NCBI GenBank assembly: GCA_013239625.1
Contig: MU053487.1
Coordinates: 1,881,058 to 1,945,057 of the forward strand
DNA: 64,000 nucleotides
Direction of reading: 5' to 3'
Origin: Lama guanicoe
Taxonomy: Eukaryota
Shown: one piece after another, positions 13,901 to 27,900 of the stretch
How positions within the stretch are numbered: position 1 is the first letter of the stretch
How the letters are laid out: the number at the start of each line of letters is the position of its first letter
Notes under the pieces: generated by a model
Seen by the model: the letters and a program-made list of their open reading frames with translations, nothing else
Told to the model about the DNA's origin: nothing
The model's database searches: none
Position numbers and translations under genes: made by a program

Positions 13901-14969
13901 TCCGTCTCAGACACATAATCATATTAGATACAGATAACACAATTCCTACTTCATACAGATGAAGAAACAGAAGCTTCAGGAGCTGCTTAAGGCCAGGGAA
14001 TAGGGATGACCCAAGTCTGCCTGGCTTTAAGCCTGTGCAAAGCTGTCTCCCTCACCCCTCACTGCTTCGGGGCATATATATGGGCATCCCTAAGTAAATT
14101 CTGACTGAATTGGATTCCATATCTCAAGTTTATATTCCATAAAGAGAATATTTGCAGAAAACGTTAGCTATTACTCAGGCCTTCCCTCAATCCGAATTGT
14201 GGCAAGACTTCAATCTTTCAAAGAACAGATTCTACTGCACCATTTCTTGCTTCTGGTTTCAGAGTAAATTCCTTTCAGAAAGAGTCTAAAGGCTCAAACT
14301 GCGCCTTAGCCTTTGTAGCCATGCATAGGTTGGACATAAACTGTTTATCGGTGTTAAAATGAACCTTCATTTAAATGGTAGACTTTTTTTTAATTCGCCA
14401 TGATACTATGCTAAACTACAACATAAAGTGAAATGTCACAGAAATGACAAACATTTAGAGCTGGTTTCTCTCAGCTGCTTCAGAAAGGTAAAACTACATC
14501 GTCTTTCTCCCACATATGACCAAATGTCTTTCAACATGATGTAAGAGCTATTATTTTCAAATTGGTTTTTTTGTTTATTCATTTCATCCTGCCAACAAAT
14601 ATCCAGGAAAGCTGTAAGAAAATGTGTAAATGATTGATACTGCATTTGCTATCCAAAGCACAAATCAAATTATCTCCAACAGTACTCAAATCCCTCTTCC
14701 ATCTCAAACACAGATAATAAATTAAAATGTCAAAAAAAAGTCTTTGGTTTATACATTTGTTTGGGAGATTAAAGATATGACCTGACTCTGTTGTTAGTGA
14801 AAAGTCATATAAATTCTGTTCTTTGGGGGATTGCAACAGAATGAGTCCATAAAAAGAAAAGGCAGTTTTGGAAACTTCATCTTGAGTACCTAATTTTTTC
14901 CTAGGGTATCTGTATTAGCGTGTCTTGAATTCAGCAAGATCATTTTTCTACAATAGGAAAGCAGGTCTC

Positions 14970-15200
14970 GTACTGCGCAAAAACACAGGATTTGGATTCA
15001 GGATCTGTTTCTGCTACTTGCTATGCAGATTTGGGAAAATTCATAATCTTAGTTTCCTCATCTATCTAACGGGCATGATTGTGGAGCCTGACTGATAGAA
15101 TTGTTCTAAGTATTAAATCTGATTACACATGTAAATATCTTTATCATTATACCTGACATGTAGTGTAGTAAGGACTCAAAAACTGTCATTATTAATTGCA
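14970..15200 (+). mobile_element. MIR SINE
   Basis: cttagtttcctcatctatctaacggg...attaaatctgattacacatgtaaa core. Confidence 0.6.
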
Positions 15201-17479
15201 TTATGATTACTTTATATGAGAAGGTTGGCCAGAATAAGACAGATTTGGAAATGTTTTCCAGAGTGGTTGTAAGTCAAATAAGTGCAAAATATACACAAGC
15301 ATACTGAATGCTCTGAAAAGTACTATACTAAAGAATGCTCCCAAGCTTTAATTAACCCAGCATATTTCCATGTTGTTGACCAAGGACAGCTCCTCTCACA
15401 AACACCCTAAAACTCTGATGTGAACACCCAACAGAAATCAGAACAGTGATAGGCACCTTTGCAATATGAAGCCCTTCCGTGGTGGTGATTTCTATTTGAG
15501 AAATGTGTTGGTTTTGTTGATGATGTTGGCTTTTAAATTAAGGGTTTTTTTTTAATAATAAAGGAATCCATGATTATTACTCAAGTTTCAGAAAATAAGA
15601 AATATAAAATATAGTAATTAATTACACTTAGGCTTATCCCCTCGCTCTACCCCACGGCAGGGGTGGGAACATTGTTAACATGAGATGCATTATTTTCCAT
15701 ATTTTTTCTACCACTTAGTTTTTTACTAATATGTTCTACTTACACTCATTCTGCATATAAAGTCTTGTAGGTAGCTTTTTCACTTAACATTTTAATAAGT
15801 TATTATACAGTCTATAAATCTTCATAGACTGTAAAATACTATACTGTTTTCAACTGAGTTGACTTGTTATAATTTACCTAATCATTAATTTATGATAGTG
15901 TTTATACTTTACCAAGTTATGATTTTTATAACCTAGAATTAAACTCTAAAATTCTGAAGTTCTCTTCCCCATATTTTGAATTACTTGTTCTCAGTGAAAT
16001 CTGAGAACTGCGATTCAAGTATCAGAGTCTTATTTACTAACTGATTTACTTACTTATTCGACAGATACTTATTTACTTCTATGTATCTGTGCTAAGTGTG
16101 GTGCTGTGGATGGGAGTTAATAGTATTCAGCCACAGATCCTGTCTCAGACAATGTGCTCAGATTTTCAAGACTATGGATCATTACGAACACAGACTCAAT
16201 TTGTGCTACAGATTATCCTAATTAATTCCAACAGCAATTTTAGAAATACACACAAAAATATAGGTAAAACGTATTATTCAGATTCAGTTATAGATACGGA
16301 CATACAGATGCTGTTAACAGACACATAGACACGAATCCGTCTGGAAGAGGAAGGCAGCATCACGATGACTGTGTGGCTGTCTCACATTCTTTTCCTTTCA
16401 TCCCAATTTCTACTTTCAGTAGTAATCTACTTATCTAAAATATATCTAAATATCTGATTATCACTGCCAGTTGTCTGAGTATCATTTTTGCACATATTTC
16501 CCAAAATAGAGACATCAAAAGAAATTAAGTCTTTAATATATTTTAACTGATACTGTCAAATTGCCCCAGTATGATCTAGCTCTGGAGGAAAGCCCAACCT
16601 GCTTCTATGTCCGCAAATTCTCGGGTCTGTTTAATTTTTAAAAATTCAATCCATAAATAGCATTCCAGCAAACTGCTTCCAGATGTCTTTCTCTCCAAAT
16701 TTCATCGGAATTCCCTCAAATTAATGCCATCCATAGAATCTTCCTTCCACAGTGGCCATAGCAATTCAGAGTGGTTTCTCCCTTCTTTAAGGTTGCTCCA
16801 ACCCAGCTACTAAATCAACACTCCTGAAACTTTACTATGACCATTTCATCCTCTCAACCAGAAGCCTTTCCTGACTCCTCCCTCAAGGGAAAACATCCAA
16901 ATACAGAGTTTTCAATCCATATTTCTCCCTCCCTCCTTTCAGGCAACTCCAGTTCTGGTCAAATCCAAATCCCTAGCTCTCCATCTGTACCTCTCACCTT
17001 TTCACCTCCTGCTGGGATTCATTCCGCCTAGTTGGTCTAAAAAGCCCCATCACACCTACATAGTAAGAGTAGCTATCAAGCACCCACTGTCCACTTTGTG
17101 ATGGGGACTGAATGAGTGTTTCCAAATGTCATCTCATGTACTTTCATCATCACAGCCTCTATTTCACACACGGAACGACTGTGGTAACTTTAGTAACTTT
17201 TCCAAATTCACGTTACCTGCTTAAGTTTAGAGTTCTCTTGGACCCCAGGATTCTTGTTCTTTCAACTTCAGTACTTCCCACAGTCCCAATATTATCTGTT
17301 TTTTTAATCTCAGTTACCATCAAGTTTATGAAGTTCTTTCCAACATTCTTGTTAGAAGTGACTCCTCACTCCTCTGAGTTCTTGTAAATCCTACTCCATC
17401 TCTAGCGCATCGCTGACTATGTTTCCTCTTCTCTTATTTGGGTAATGGGTCTTTTTCCATTTTTTTCATCCTTTCTATG

Positions 17480-18070
17480 TTTTATTAAGTCCGGGCCTAG
17501 TAAATGATAAGGACTTTCCCAGGCATCTGGTCTATAAAAACGAAGTAAACATGATCCTTGCTCTCAAAAAACATACACGTTAGTTGTGGAAACAAACATT
17601 AGGCAAACTCAAAATAAGTATATCCTTATTTACACATTTTAACTAGTGCTGTGAGGCAAAAACACGGAGGACCATGAGACAGTAAAGAAAGGTCATATTG
17701 TGTATGTGGGCTGGAGCAGGGGGTGGGGGGAAGAATATACAGAATTGGCCTTGGTAAGGCAGTAAAATGTCAGCCAAGACATCAAGATGGAAAGAAAGAA
17801 GTAAAGGATGGGGGAGGTTATAGCTCAGTGGTAGAGCTCATGCTTAGCATGCACGAGGTCCTGGGTTCAATCCCCAGCACCTCCATTATAAATCAATCTA
17901 ATTGCCTCCCCTCCCCTCAATAAAATCTCAATAAAAATCCTTAAAAAAAATAGAGTCTTTAAAAAAAGGGAGTGTGGAGGAACAACATTCTAAGCAGAAG
18001 GGAAAGCACAGGCAAATGCTTTGAAGCCGAAAAAGACCGTTTTCTAAGAATTAGAAGAAGGTCATTCAAG
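17480..18070 (-). mobile_element. LINE-2 fragment interrupted by a SINE
   Basis: atccttgctctca..., aacattctaagcagaagggaaagcacaggcaaatgctttgaag (L2-like phrases); approximate. Confidence 0.5.
17810..17967 (+). mobile_element. tRNA-Ala-like SINE, Vic-1-like (camelid)
   Basis: GGGGGAGGTTATAGCTCAGTGGTAGAGCTCATGCTTAGCATGCACGAGGTCCTGGGTTCAATCCCCAGCACCTCCA, then an A-rich tail with AATAAA. Confidence 0.9.
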
Positions 18071-19941
18071 GACACAGCACAGAGCTGTGCAGTTGTCTGT
18101 GTGAATGGAGACCCGTGGGGTTTTGCAGCGCTGCCCTAAGGTCAAAATGCCTAGAGTGAGCCAATGGAGTGGAAAAGCAGACTGGCACCCGTGTGGAAGG
18201 AAGGCCAGGACAGATCAGCCACCCTTCTCCTAGAGTTCTCACCTCCATTAAGTACAGATGGCAGTCTCTCACAAGACTTGATTGTGATCCAATTTCAGAT
18301 GTACATTTATTCTTCTAGAAGGGAAATGCTTTGGGTTGATACATCTCTGCACACCTGCTTTATCTCCACTATATTTTTAACTCCACGGTGCCTAATATAA
18401 TTCTTGGAGGATATCATCTGTTTAACGCTTATTTTCCTTAGACAAAATGAGTGAGTGTGCCTATCTTCTGAAACATATGTGCATTGTCATTATAACCAGG
18501 CTATTTTCTTCTATCCTTACACCAACTCTCCCTGGAGAATACATGTGAGATTCTGCAACTTTTTGTTTTCTCCCCAGGTGATATTCCTTTAATCGTTAAA
18601 AATAAAGTTTGAACCTTCCCAAACAGCCGACTTGAGCTCATGATATTGTTGCCAGCTAGAAAAGACCGGGAACTTCAGACGTTTGGTGCAGTGATGGCTT
18701 TGACAGTCTAAGGATAGAAGAACTGTCAAGCTTTTCATTCTAAGGCTACACGTTACAGAAAATTCAGGAATGAAGTTTTATGTTCCCTTTGAATCAATCT
18801 GTCACAACCTCTGCTAATCCTATTTCCAAAAGGGCTTACCTTCTAACAGATTACGTATTATAGCCCTTGACCTTTCAGAGAGGACTCAATAGTTGAATTT
18901 GTAGCAACTTAAAGGTTGTACAGAATACTGGAAGACTGTCCTTCCCTAGTTGGAAATCCACCAGGTGGACTGATGCAAACTTAACTCGACTAGGGTGGGA
19001 AAGTCATTTATACTGCATAAGCCAATGCCCATCAGTTAGCAGTAGCTGTATTGAGAAAAATTTGGAGACCACATTTAGGCTGGGGAGGAGATGATTAATG
19101 GTGTCTATCATATGTTCAGAAGGAAGAAATGGGCATTTGGGCACGTGGTTATTTCTGCCCAAGGCCACACAGAATAGCCCGGGCCTTGAGAAGTATTTCT
19201 CATGTGAGAGAACGTAAACAAAGCACAAAAGAAGATATGAAATGAGATTTTTAAAGAACGGCAAAAAAACACTACCCCAAAGTTAAAAGGCTTGTGGAAC
19301 TATAATTTGTATTTAAAGTGTTACTAAATCAATAATAAAAATGACCCCAAAATAAATCTGGGTAATAAGCCCAAGCAGACATTGAATTGTTTTAATAGTC
19401 CTTCTTATTTAGCTTATTTATTGAATTGTTCTCTGAATTTCTCATCACTGCTACCTTGATTCTCTTGGATTTTCAGATGGAGAATCTGCAGGTATTAATA
19501 ACAAGTTCCACTGCAACTTCCGAATATCTAAGTATCTTTTTCTTATCTTATTGCATTGACTAGAACTTCTTAAGAATATAAGTAATGAAGGAGGACATGT
19601 ACGTATTTTTTCTCTTCTTACCTTTACTGAAATTCATTTAATATTCACCACTGACGAGTACACCAAGAGTTGTTTTTTAAAATCAAAATAGAAGTTAAAT
19701 TTTATAAACACCTTTTTCCGACATTAATGATGTATTATTCATGTTACAATAATTGATATGCCAATATTTTAAGATTTTTGTTTCAATGTTTGAAAAATGA
19801 GATTTCTCTATTTTTTTCTTAGATATAATTACTGGTAATATTATTGCATCAAAACTTTCCTTGTTTTATAAAATCCTGTAGTTTGTTGCAGCTTGTGTTC
19901 TGGAAAAAACTCAGGGTAATGGTTAAGAATCTATACTCTCA

Positions 19942-21460
19942 CAAATCAAAACATTATGGTACTGGTATAACACAGACACATAGGTCAATGGAATAGAAGA
20001 GAGCCCAGAAATAAATCCACACATATATAATCAATTAACCTGACAAAAGAGCCAAGAATATACAATGGGGAAAGAATAGTTTCTTTAATAAATGTTGGAA
20101 AAACTGGACAGCCACATACAAAAAAGTGTAGCTGGACCACAACCTTACACCATACAGAATAATCAATTCAACATGGATTAAAGACTTGAATGTAAGATTT
20201 GAAATCATCAGATTCCAACAAGAAAGCACAGGGGTAAGTTACTTGGTATCAGTCATGGCAATGATTTTTTTGGATCTGACACCTACAGCAAAGGCAACAA
20301 AAGCAAAAATAAACAAAAGAGACTGCATCAGACTAAAAACATCTATACAGCAAAGAAAACCATCAACAAAACAAAACAGCAACCTACAGAATGGGAGAAG
20401 ATATTTGCAAGTCCTATCTGATGAGGTGTTAACACCCAAAATATACAAAGACCTTACACAAGACAACAGCAAAAGAAACAAAAAGATAACTCCAAACAAT
20501 CCAATTTAAAAGTGAGCAGAGGAGCTGAATAGACATTTTTTCCAAAGAAGACAAACAAAATGGTCAACAGGTACATAAAGAGGTGCTCAGGCTAACTGAT
20601 CATCAGGGAAACCTAAATCAAAACCACAATGAGATATCACTCCACACCTGTTAGGATGACTACTATATAAAATAAAAATTAAGAAATAACGAGTGTTGAC
20701 AAGACATGAGAAAAGGGAACCCTTGTGCACTTTGGCAGGAATATAAATTGGAGCAACCACTATGGAAAAGTCAGCAACTTCTGCCAAAAATTAAAAATAG
20801 AACTACAATATCATCCAGCAATTCCACTTCTGGCATTTATCTGAAGGAAAAGAAATCACTGCTTTGAAATGTCTGCACCCCCATGTTTACTGCAGAGTTA
20901 TTTATAGTAGCCAAGACAGGGAAATAATCTAAATGTCCATGATGAATGAATGGGTGAAGAAAGCATGGAATATTACTCAGCCACAAAAAGAAAAACTCCT
21001 GCCATTTGTAACAACATAGTTCTGAACCCTGAAGGCATTATTCTAAGTGAAATAACTCAGATAGAGAAAGAAAAATACTATGTGATCTCACTTTTATGTG
21101 GAATCTCAAAAATACCCGAACTCATAGATTCAGAGAAGAGATTCGTGCTTGCCAGAGATGGGGGGGGGGCAAAATGGACAAAGATGGTCAAAAGGTATAA
21201 ACTTCCAGTCATATAATAAATAAGTCATCAGGTTGTATCATACAGCATGGTGAGTATAGTTAACAATACTGTATTGGATATGTGAAAAACTCCTAAGACA
21301 GTAGATCTTAAAAAATTCTTGTTACAAGGCAAAAAAATGTTTAACTATGTGTGGTGATGGATGTTACCTAAACTTATTTTGGTGATCATTTTGCAATATA
21401 CACATATCAAATCATATGATACAATGTTATATGTCAAGTGTATCTTAATAAAATTAAAAA
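19942..21460 (+). mobile_element. 5'-truncated LINE-1 (3' ORF2 + 3' UTR, L1MA-like) inserted into a MIR
   Basis: ORF2 peptides FLDLTPTAKATKAKINK and MEYYSATKRK; A tail at ~21450; TSD-like AAGAATCTATACTCTCA (19925-19941) and AAAAATCTAGGCTCTCA (21461-21477); MIR continues to ~21640. Confidence 0.9.
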
Positions 21461-22364
21461 AAAAATCTAGGCTCTCAAGTGTAAACTATTTGGGTTAGAA
21501 ATCCAGCTTCATTACTTACTAGCGTTCCCCGTTTATAAGAACATGATAACAATGGTACCTACCTTACAAGACTGCAAATATTAAATGATAGTTCATACAA
21601 AGTACTTACCAGAGTGTGTGGCACGTAATCAGTACTCAACAGCAGTGCAAACACACACAGGCACACTCAAACACCAAAATTAAGAATGCATTATATTTTC
21701 AAAGATTCATAAAATTTTCCAGTAAATTAGTGACAATCTAATGCCTCTTGAACCCTTAATTCTTTGAAACCTCTTCCCTTTCTCCCATGTGTTTGCCTTT
21801 CAAGGATCTCTCCCTCTTCTGTCTTTTTTATATTTAATTTGTATTAGCCCAGATATCAACTATTTCAGCAAGATTTTAAAAATGTATTACAGTTATACAT
21901 AGCTTTTTAAATATATAATTAGCTGCTTAATCCCCTCTGAATCCCAGCTATATCCCATTTCTCTCCTTTAATAATTTTTTTCTTCTTCAACATTGTCAGA
22001 GATTTGTCTGTTTATTAGGGTTTCCGAGACTTGTTTTTGAATTAAACACTTGGCTTTTCTTCCTTTAGTTTTCTAATGTATTGATTTCTACCTTTATTGA
22101 TTTCCTTCTCCCCTTTTGACTTTTGCTTTCTGGAATGCACGCACAGTCTCTGCCTGGTTGAGGAGGCACGGGGGCGGGGGAAGGGCTGCGGAGGAGACAG
22201 GGATCATCATCTGCAGCTGATGTTGCCGTGAGGCTGTCTCTCTTTCCAACCCCAGTGTAGACCCTGGGCCTCTGGGTCAAGGGTCCTGTGAGAGAGGGGT
22301 TGCATGGGAGGACACAGAACATCCTCTCGCCTGTTACAGCTGGTCTCTCCCTGGGCAGATCTGG

Positions 22365-22545
22365 CATAAGACTGTATGGTTTGAAATTAGACACCCAGAC
22401 TTGAGTCCAGGCTCTGCTACTTGTTATCTCTGCGATAAATTCTTTAACTTCCTTAAACTTCATTTTCCTCACCTATGAAAAGGGTATTCATAGTAATAGC
22501 ATTTTTCTCATATGGTTAGTGTAGGGATTAAATGAGATAATGCAG
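22365..22545 (+). mobile_element. MIR SINE
   Basis: cttcattttcctcacctatgaaaaggg...gggattaaatgagataatgca. Confidence 0.7.
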
Positions 22546-25500
22546 GGACTGTGTTTATTTCATTGGCATATATCCCCTGAAAAAGACTGTGTGTGTGTAT
22601 CAAATAATTCTCGAATTAATCATTCAAAAACATGTCTTGAGTGAGCCTTGGGAATTTCCTCCCAGCCTTAAAACACTACATGTTACGGGAACCCAATCTT
22701 GTGAAGAGATTGAAGAGTTCACTGAACCTCTGCAGCTATTACGTGATAAAAATGATTGAAGCCACTTTCCAACATAAAAGTGCCTTGTGCACAGTTATTA
22801 ATAATACTGAGCAGTGCCCATTATAGAAAACCTGCAGCTTTTATGCTTCCATAATTTTAGGCGTGCTATCATCCTCTCAAGAAAGAAGAATTGCCCCCAA
22901 CACAAATCCTACTAGCTCCCTATTTTCCAATAAAGGGAACCTTGCAAATGATGAAAACAGCGGCAGGCTCTTTTCACCACTAGCCCCACTCCAAGGCGGG
23001 GCGGGGAAGGCAGGCGGGTGAGGAACATTTACCCGGCCCCACACAAATCACCATGTGCTTGGCAATATCTTCCATTAACAGAGATGGGAAGGGAAGTAAG
23101 TGTTCCTCCTTCGGCCAAGTGCCATTTCTGAAAAGGCACTTCTTTACGATGAAAATAACATGAAAACATCATTTGGAGCAAAATAACCAAAATGGACTCC
23201 CCAGAGCCAACTGCATATTCTTGTGCATGGCACGTACTATCATAACTTGTTAAGGGGAAGACACTTAAGAGAAAATCTTTGACACTCTAGAAGCCTCTCC
23301 TCTTTCTGAGATGGGAGTTTTGTTTTGTTTTGTTTTGTTTTGTTTTAAATAATGACCACTTCCTGTTTAGAGGGCAGGAAATTACAGCTTATTGTTCAGC
23401 TTGCTGTGTAAAAATTTTAAATGAGAATGTAATTTGTTGGGCTGACAGCAAATATATAACATTTATACTAAATATAAAACACAAGTCAGTGCCTATAAAC
23501 TGCACAAATGAAGACAGAAAAATTACTGTATAAACATGGTAAATGTTTTCATCATAACCAGGGCACTGAAAAAAATGCCCTGAAAGAAAATTACCTATAA
23601 AAAACATTTGAATTTAAGGATCCAGAGAGTGGGGAAAAAAATGTGTGGAAAGGGACAAGTCAAGAGTTGTTACTGACAGTTCGTTCTTTAGGGAGATCCA
23701 GAGGTCATAGTGGCCCACTTGGGGGCAGAAAGCTCTCAGGAAGTCACTCCAGACAAGAGCCTGGTGGACCACTCCCGCCTCAGCATCCTAGTAGGTGAAC
23801 CTTCCAGCTGCTCTGCCCATCTGCCTATGAGAGCCAGAAAGCTGCTCAGACTTGTCATGCCATCTATGGGTCTTTGTCCTGCCAGCTAAAAACTAGGGAA
23901 AAAAGATTGGGGTTTGATTTTGGAGAAGTAGGTGGGAAAGGAAAACAAACGTATTTTAAGACAAGTAGTTTCTTTGGTCACTAAGTAGTCTCGGGGCAAA
24001 ACTGTCTTTTACAAATGACTTCAGTTCATTTTTTTTTTTTAAACAGGAGCCCAGTAAATTAATGCTTCCTCTCTTGATGGAGCCATTATTAGAGCTTGAT
24101 CCCATGATATTAAATGTTACATTCTTCAAAAAATTATCAGTCATTTACATAATGTGGAGAGAGGTCGAGCAACTATGTTTTTCATGTTATGTATCTTTGC
24201 CCAAGATTCTATTCCATACGAGCTGTTAACAAAATTAAGAGGTGCTTAATACATGTAAAATTTTTTTCAAGATGGGCCTCTTAGGCCTTCTTGCATGCTT
24301 CCTGAGGATTTTCTGAATTCAATATTCAAGCACCAGTCAGAAAGTCTCTAGAACTTAGTAGCATCACTATATTTCACTCTACATTTCTTATCCAGTGACA
24401 ACATGTTTCCATTGTCTGGAATTATTTCTCTCTTGCCCAGTGTAGATGTGAGAGTAATAGAATCTGGAGTATCTAGTGCTTCAGATGTTGCATTTGGCAG
24501 ATAAGGAGCAGAAAATCCTCTGGACTAATAACCCTGAGAGGAAAGGCCACAGTGAAAAGTTGGGTTCCATCAACTTTCAGCTAAAATTCCCTCCTCCCGC
24601 TGTCATGCAGATGCAGAGGTTTTTCCTATGGTCTGAGAAGGATGAAATTGGGGAAGAACAGTGAAATGCTTCAGAGGGAGGGGAAGGGCACGTCCTCTCA
24701 CTGTTGCAGCTTCCTTTGGGATCTTGATTAACAGATAAGCCTGAATCCTGCCTGCTCTCCCTTCTCTCACATATCCATGAAACTTCTGCGACTGTGCCAG
24801 CCAGAGCTGTCTTTATTTAACTTACTCAAGGACTAGAAAGGTACTAGTAACCGCGCCCACGTGCAGGTCTCACTGGTAGAACTACCCGGTGAAACCAGGA
24901 AAGGGAAAGGGGTTTAGCAAGCAAAATAAAACCACACACAACATAGAGACCTCACGCCCCCTACTGTTAAAAACGTATAAATCTGGAAACACATTCAACT
25001 AGAGGCAGCCTCAGGCACCTCTGACTTCTGACTGGGGGAGGTGGGGGCATTACCTACACAGAGAGCTTCACGTTGTTATTTTTGCCAACATACCAGATGG
25101 CCTGGTCGGTCCACGCCTTCATTATTATGGGAGCCACATGAATACTGTCTCATCGGGTGTGAGGAGCGGACTGGCGAGGAGGGCCCCAGCGTGCACCAAG
25201 CTGCCGTGGAGAGCCCTGAGAACTGCCCTGTGGTCCGAACTCAGCATCTCCGTGATTTCCTGACAGCAGTCCAGATGGCTGCAGCCTCTACTGCAGGCAC
25301 GCCAGCCTGGGAAGGAGGGCACCGACACCTGCTCCAGGAAGACAGCCGAGCCCATTCATTCTGATGTACTAAGATGACACTGATCCCAGAGCACTGGCCA
25401 TGGGGGACCCCGTGGCCCATTTCAAGAAACAAGCCTCCCATTCATCCACTTCCCTGTCCTCTGGCCTTGGTTGTAACAAAAAGTTAGTTGCAGCCTTTAA

Positions 25501-26309
25501 ACTCTGTTTACTTTCTAGTTTTATTGCTGGCAGAAAGCAGTGTAGTTTATCAACATTATCTCATATCGGCAGATCCAGACAGTGAAATGGTAGTTGCTGG
25601 GGCCATTAAGAGATACTTCCATGCTCTGCCTGGTGCAGAATTTATAGAGTCTCCCTGTGTAAGGTCTCAGAAAGTACAGAGTGTCTCATTATATGAAATG
25701 ACAACCTAGCACCTCAGAGACAGGCAATTCCAAGTACTCACGGGCCTCGGGGACAACTGGGCTTTTGAGGCTTGCTAAGAATGATGCTGGTAAACTTTTA
25801 AGATTTTTAGGGGATGCATCCTTTCCTATGCTCAAGACTTCAAGGGAAAATATGCTTTCTTCATCCTGAAATGCTCCTGCAAGCCCTCTCCTGAGGAAAT
25901 CCGTATTCCTCTGTAAGCACAGCTGGTAACGTTGCTCTTTGTATTTCTATTTCTACACTGTATTTCTACATGTGTGTCTTGGCTGGGGCTGCTATGAAGT
26001 GGAGGATGAGGCAGGGCCCCTTGTGCACATGGTCTACTGAGGGGGTGCTCTCTGGAGGATGAAAGCCGGGGAACAGGGTGGGCCAGAAACAGGGGCTGAG
26101 CAAAGCGGTGGCCTCAGCCTGATCCTATGGGGACGCTGGACCATGAGTTGTACCACAGAGCTGGTCCCACCTTGTGGTGTGGGAGTCCTTATTTTGTCCC
26201 TCTGTCAGTGAGTCACAATCCTCCATGTGGGGGAGGGATGGGCGGGGCTTGCTGTAACCCTCAGGCAAGGAGGAGCTGGCAGTGACTCATCCACATCACC
26301 TGTGCACTT

Positions 26310-26446
26310 GTCCCACCTGTCAATTCTCAGGGCTCTCCCCAGACCCACGGAATCAGAAACTCTGGACGTGGGGTCCGGAACTCTGAGGGTCAGCAAACCC
26401 CCGGGCGATTCTGATTCATGATACTATTTAAGAAGCACTCGTCTAG
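26310..26446. mobile_element. MER5A-like hAT-Charlie DNA transposon fossil
   Basis: ccccagacccacggaatcagaaactctgg...gggcgattctgat...aagaagcact. Confidence 0.7.
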
Positions 26447-27029
26447 CACGGGTCTCTGGAGAAGGGGGTCGTCGCTCGCACCAGCTGCAGGAGGGGCGTG
26501 CAAACCTGGGCAACAGGACCAGTGATTTCTACCAGGTCTCGGGAAGGCTTTGAGCGAAGAAAGAGAAATGCAGGCAAAATCTTAAGTCTGAGGAGATGCT
26601 GGTTGCGTAAAGGAGCTGGATTTCTGGGCAGAGGGAGAATCATATAGGAAGGTTCTAAAGTGAAAACAGGTTGTGGTCTATCGAAGAACTGACTGAAGAG
26701 TAATACGGCTGGGGCATCAAGAGTAAGGTCAGTGACGGGGCCAGGGGAGGGCTGAGAGGCAAGCTGAGGTCAAAAGGCAATTACAATGGCTAACAATAAC
26801 CAGTTAACCTTCACAGAGTGTGTGCTATGTGCCAGACACTTTGCTAAGTGCTTCTTGTATGTTATCTTAATTAGCCCTCATAAAAAAGCAAGACGGAGAC
26901 AGATTAGATGAAGAAAGAGCCCTAGTAACCAGTTCCAGGAGCACCGTAGTGAGCAACAGATCTTCGCTTTGACCAAAGGCTTTGTCTGGATACAAAGCCC
27001 TCACTCTTAAACCACCGCCCCCATTTGGA

Positions 27030-27900
27030 GTCCTCATCCTAAGAGCTATGGGAAATCACTCAAGCATTTAATTGGGAAAGTGATACTGTCATGTTTGCAT
27101 TGTATAAAGAGCATTTTAGCTGCTTTCTGGAGAACAGTTTGGAGAGGGCAAGATTACACACATGGTGAACAATTAGGAGGAAACTGTAATGTAGGAGGAA
27201 GAGGAGGGGCTTGGGCTAAAGTGGTGGCTGCTAAGATGGATAAAAGTGGCTACACTGGAGAGGTATTTTCAAAGTAAAATAAGCAGGATTTAGGGACTGG
27301 AAATACGCACGTGGGAGAAGTGGAACGTAAGATCATCTCTCAGAATTCTGGCTTCCACCATTAAACGGATGACAGTGCCAGTCAGTGAGATGGGAATCAT
27401 TACAGGAGGACAGCATTGTAGGAAGAAGACTCTGTTAAGATTTAGAGACATTGATCTGAGATGCCTTTGGGATGTACAAATAAATATTATTTATAGGCAG
27501 TTGGAGATAATCATCCAGAGAACCTGGACTCGGGATAAAATGCTGGGACTTGTTGTGAGAGAGTAATTAAGAGCACAAAGGACTGAGCACACCATTACCT
27601 AGAGAGAGTGCATGAACCAAGAACATGGCCTGGGCCAGAGTTGGAAGGCCCCATCTTTTAAAATTCAGAAAATAATACATTGGCTTAGGATATACAGACA
27701 GAGGTACCAGAGAGGAGACGTTAAAAGAATAAAACGGAACTTTTTTTGTAAGATGAGCCAAGAAAGAGGGTTTCTAAATGGAAGTTATGGCCAGTACTGT
27801 CGGATGCTGCTATCTGGCCTAATATAAAGAGGCCTGGACAATGTCCACTGAATTTAACAGCATGCATTTCAGCTCTTTCATGGAAGTCAGACTGAGGATG
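27030..27900 (-). mobile_element. LINE-2 fragment
   Basis: gagctatgggaaatcactcaagcattttaa..., gatgacagtgccagtcagtgagatggg (L2-like phrases); approximate. Confidence 0.6.

Noticed and set aside
14436..14610. Minus-strand exon-like frame AFLDICWQDEMNKQK... behind a good acceptor (TTTTCTTACAG)
   Set aside because: No convincing donor and no recognisable protein.
17810..17885. tRNA-Ala-like gene
   Set aside because: It has an A-rich SINE tail and three homologous dispersed copies in the window, so it is a SINE head rather than a tRNA gene.
25041..25441. GC-rich overlapping ORFs
   Set aside because: Open on both strands as expected from GC content; no family similarity or clear splice boundaries.
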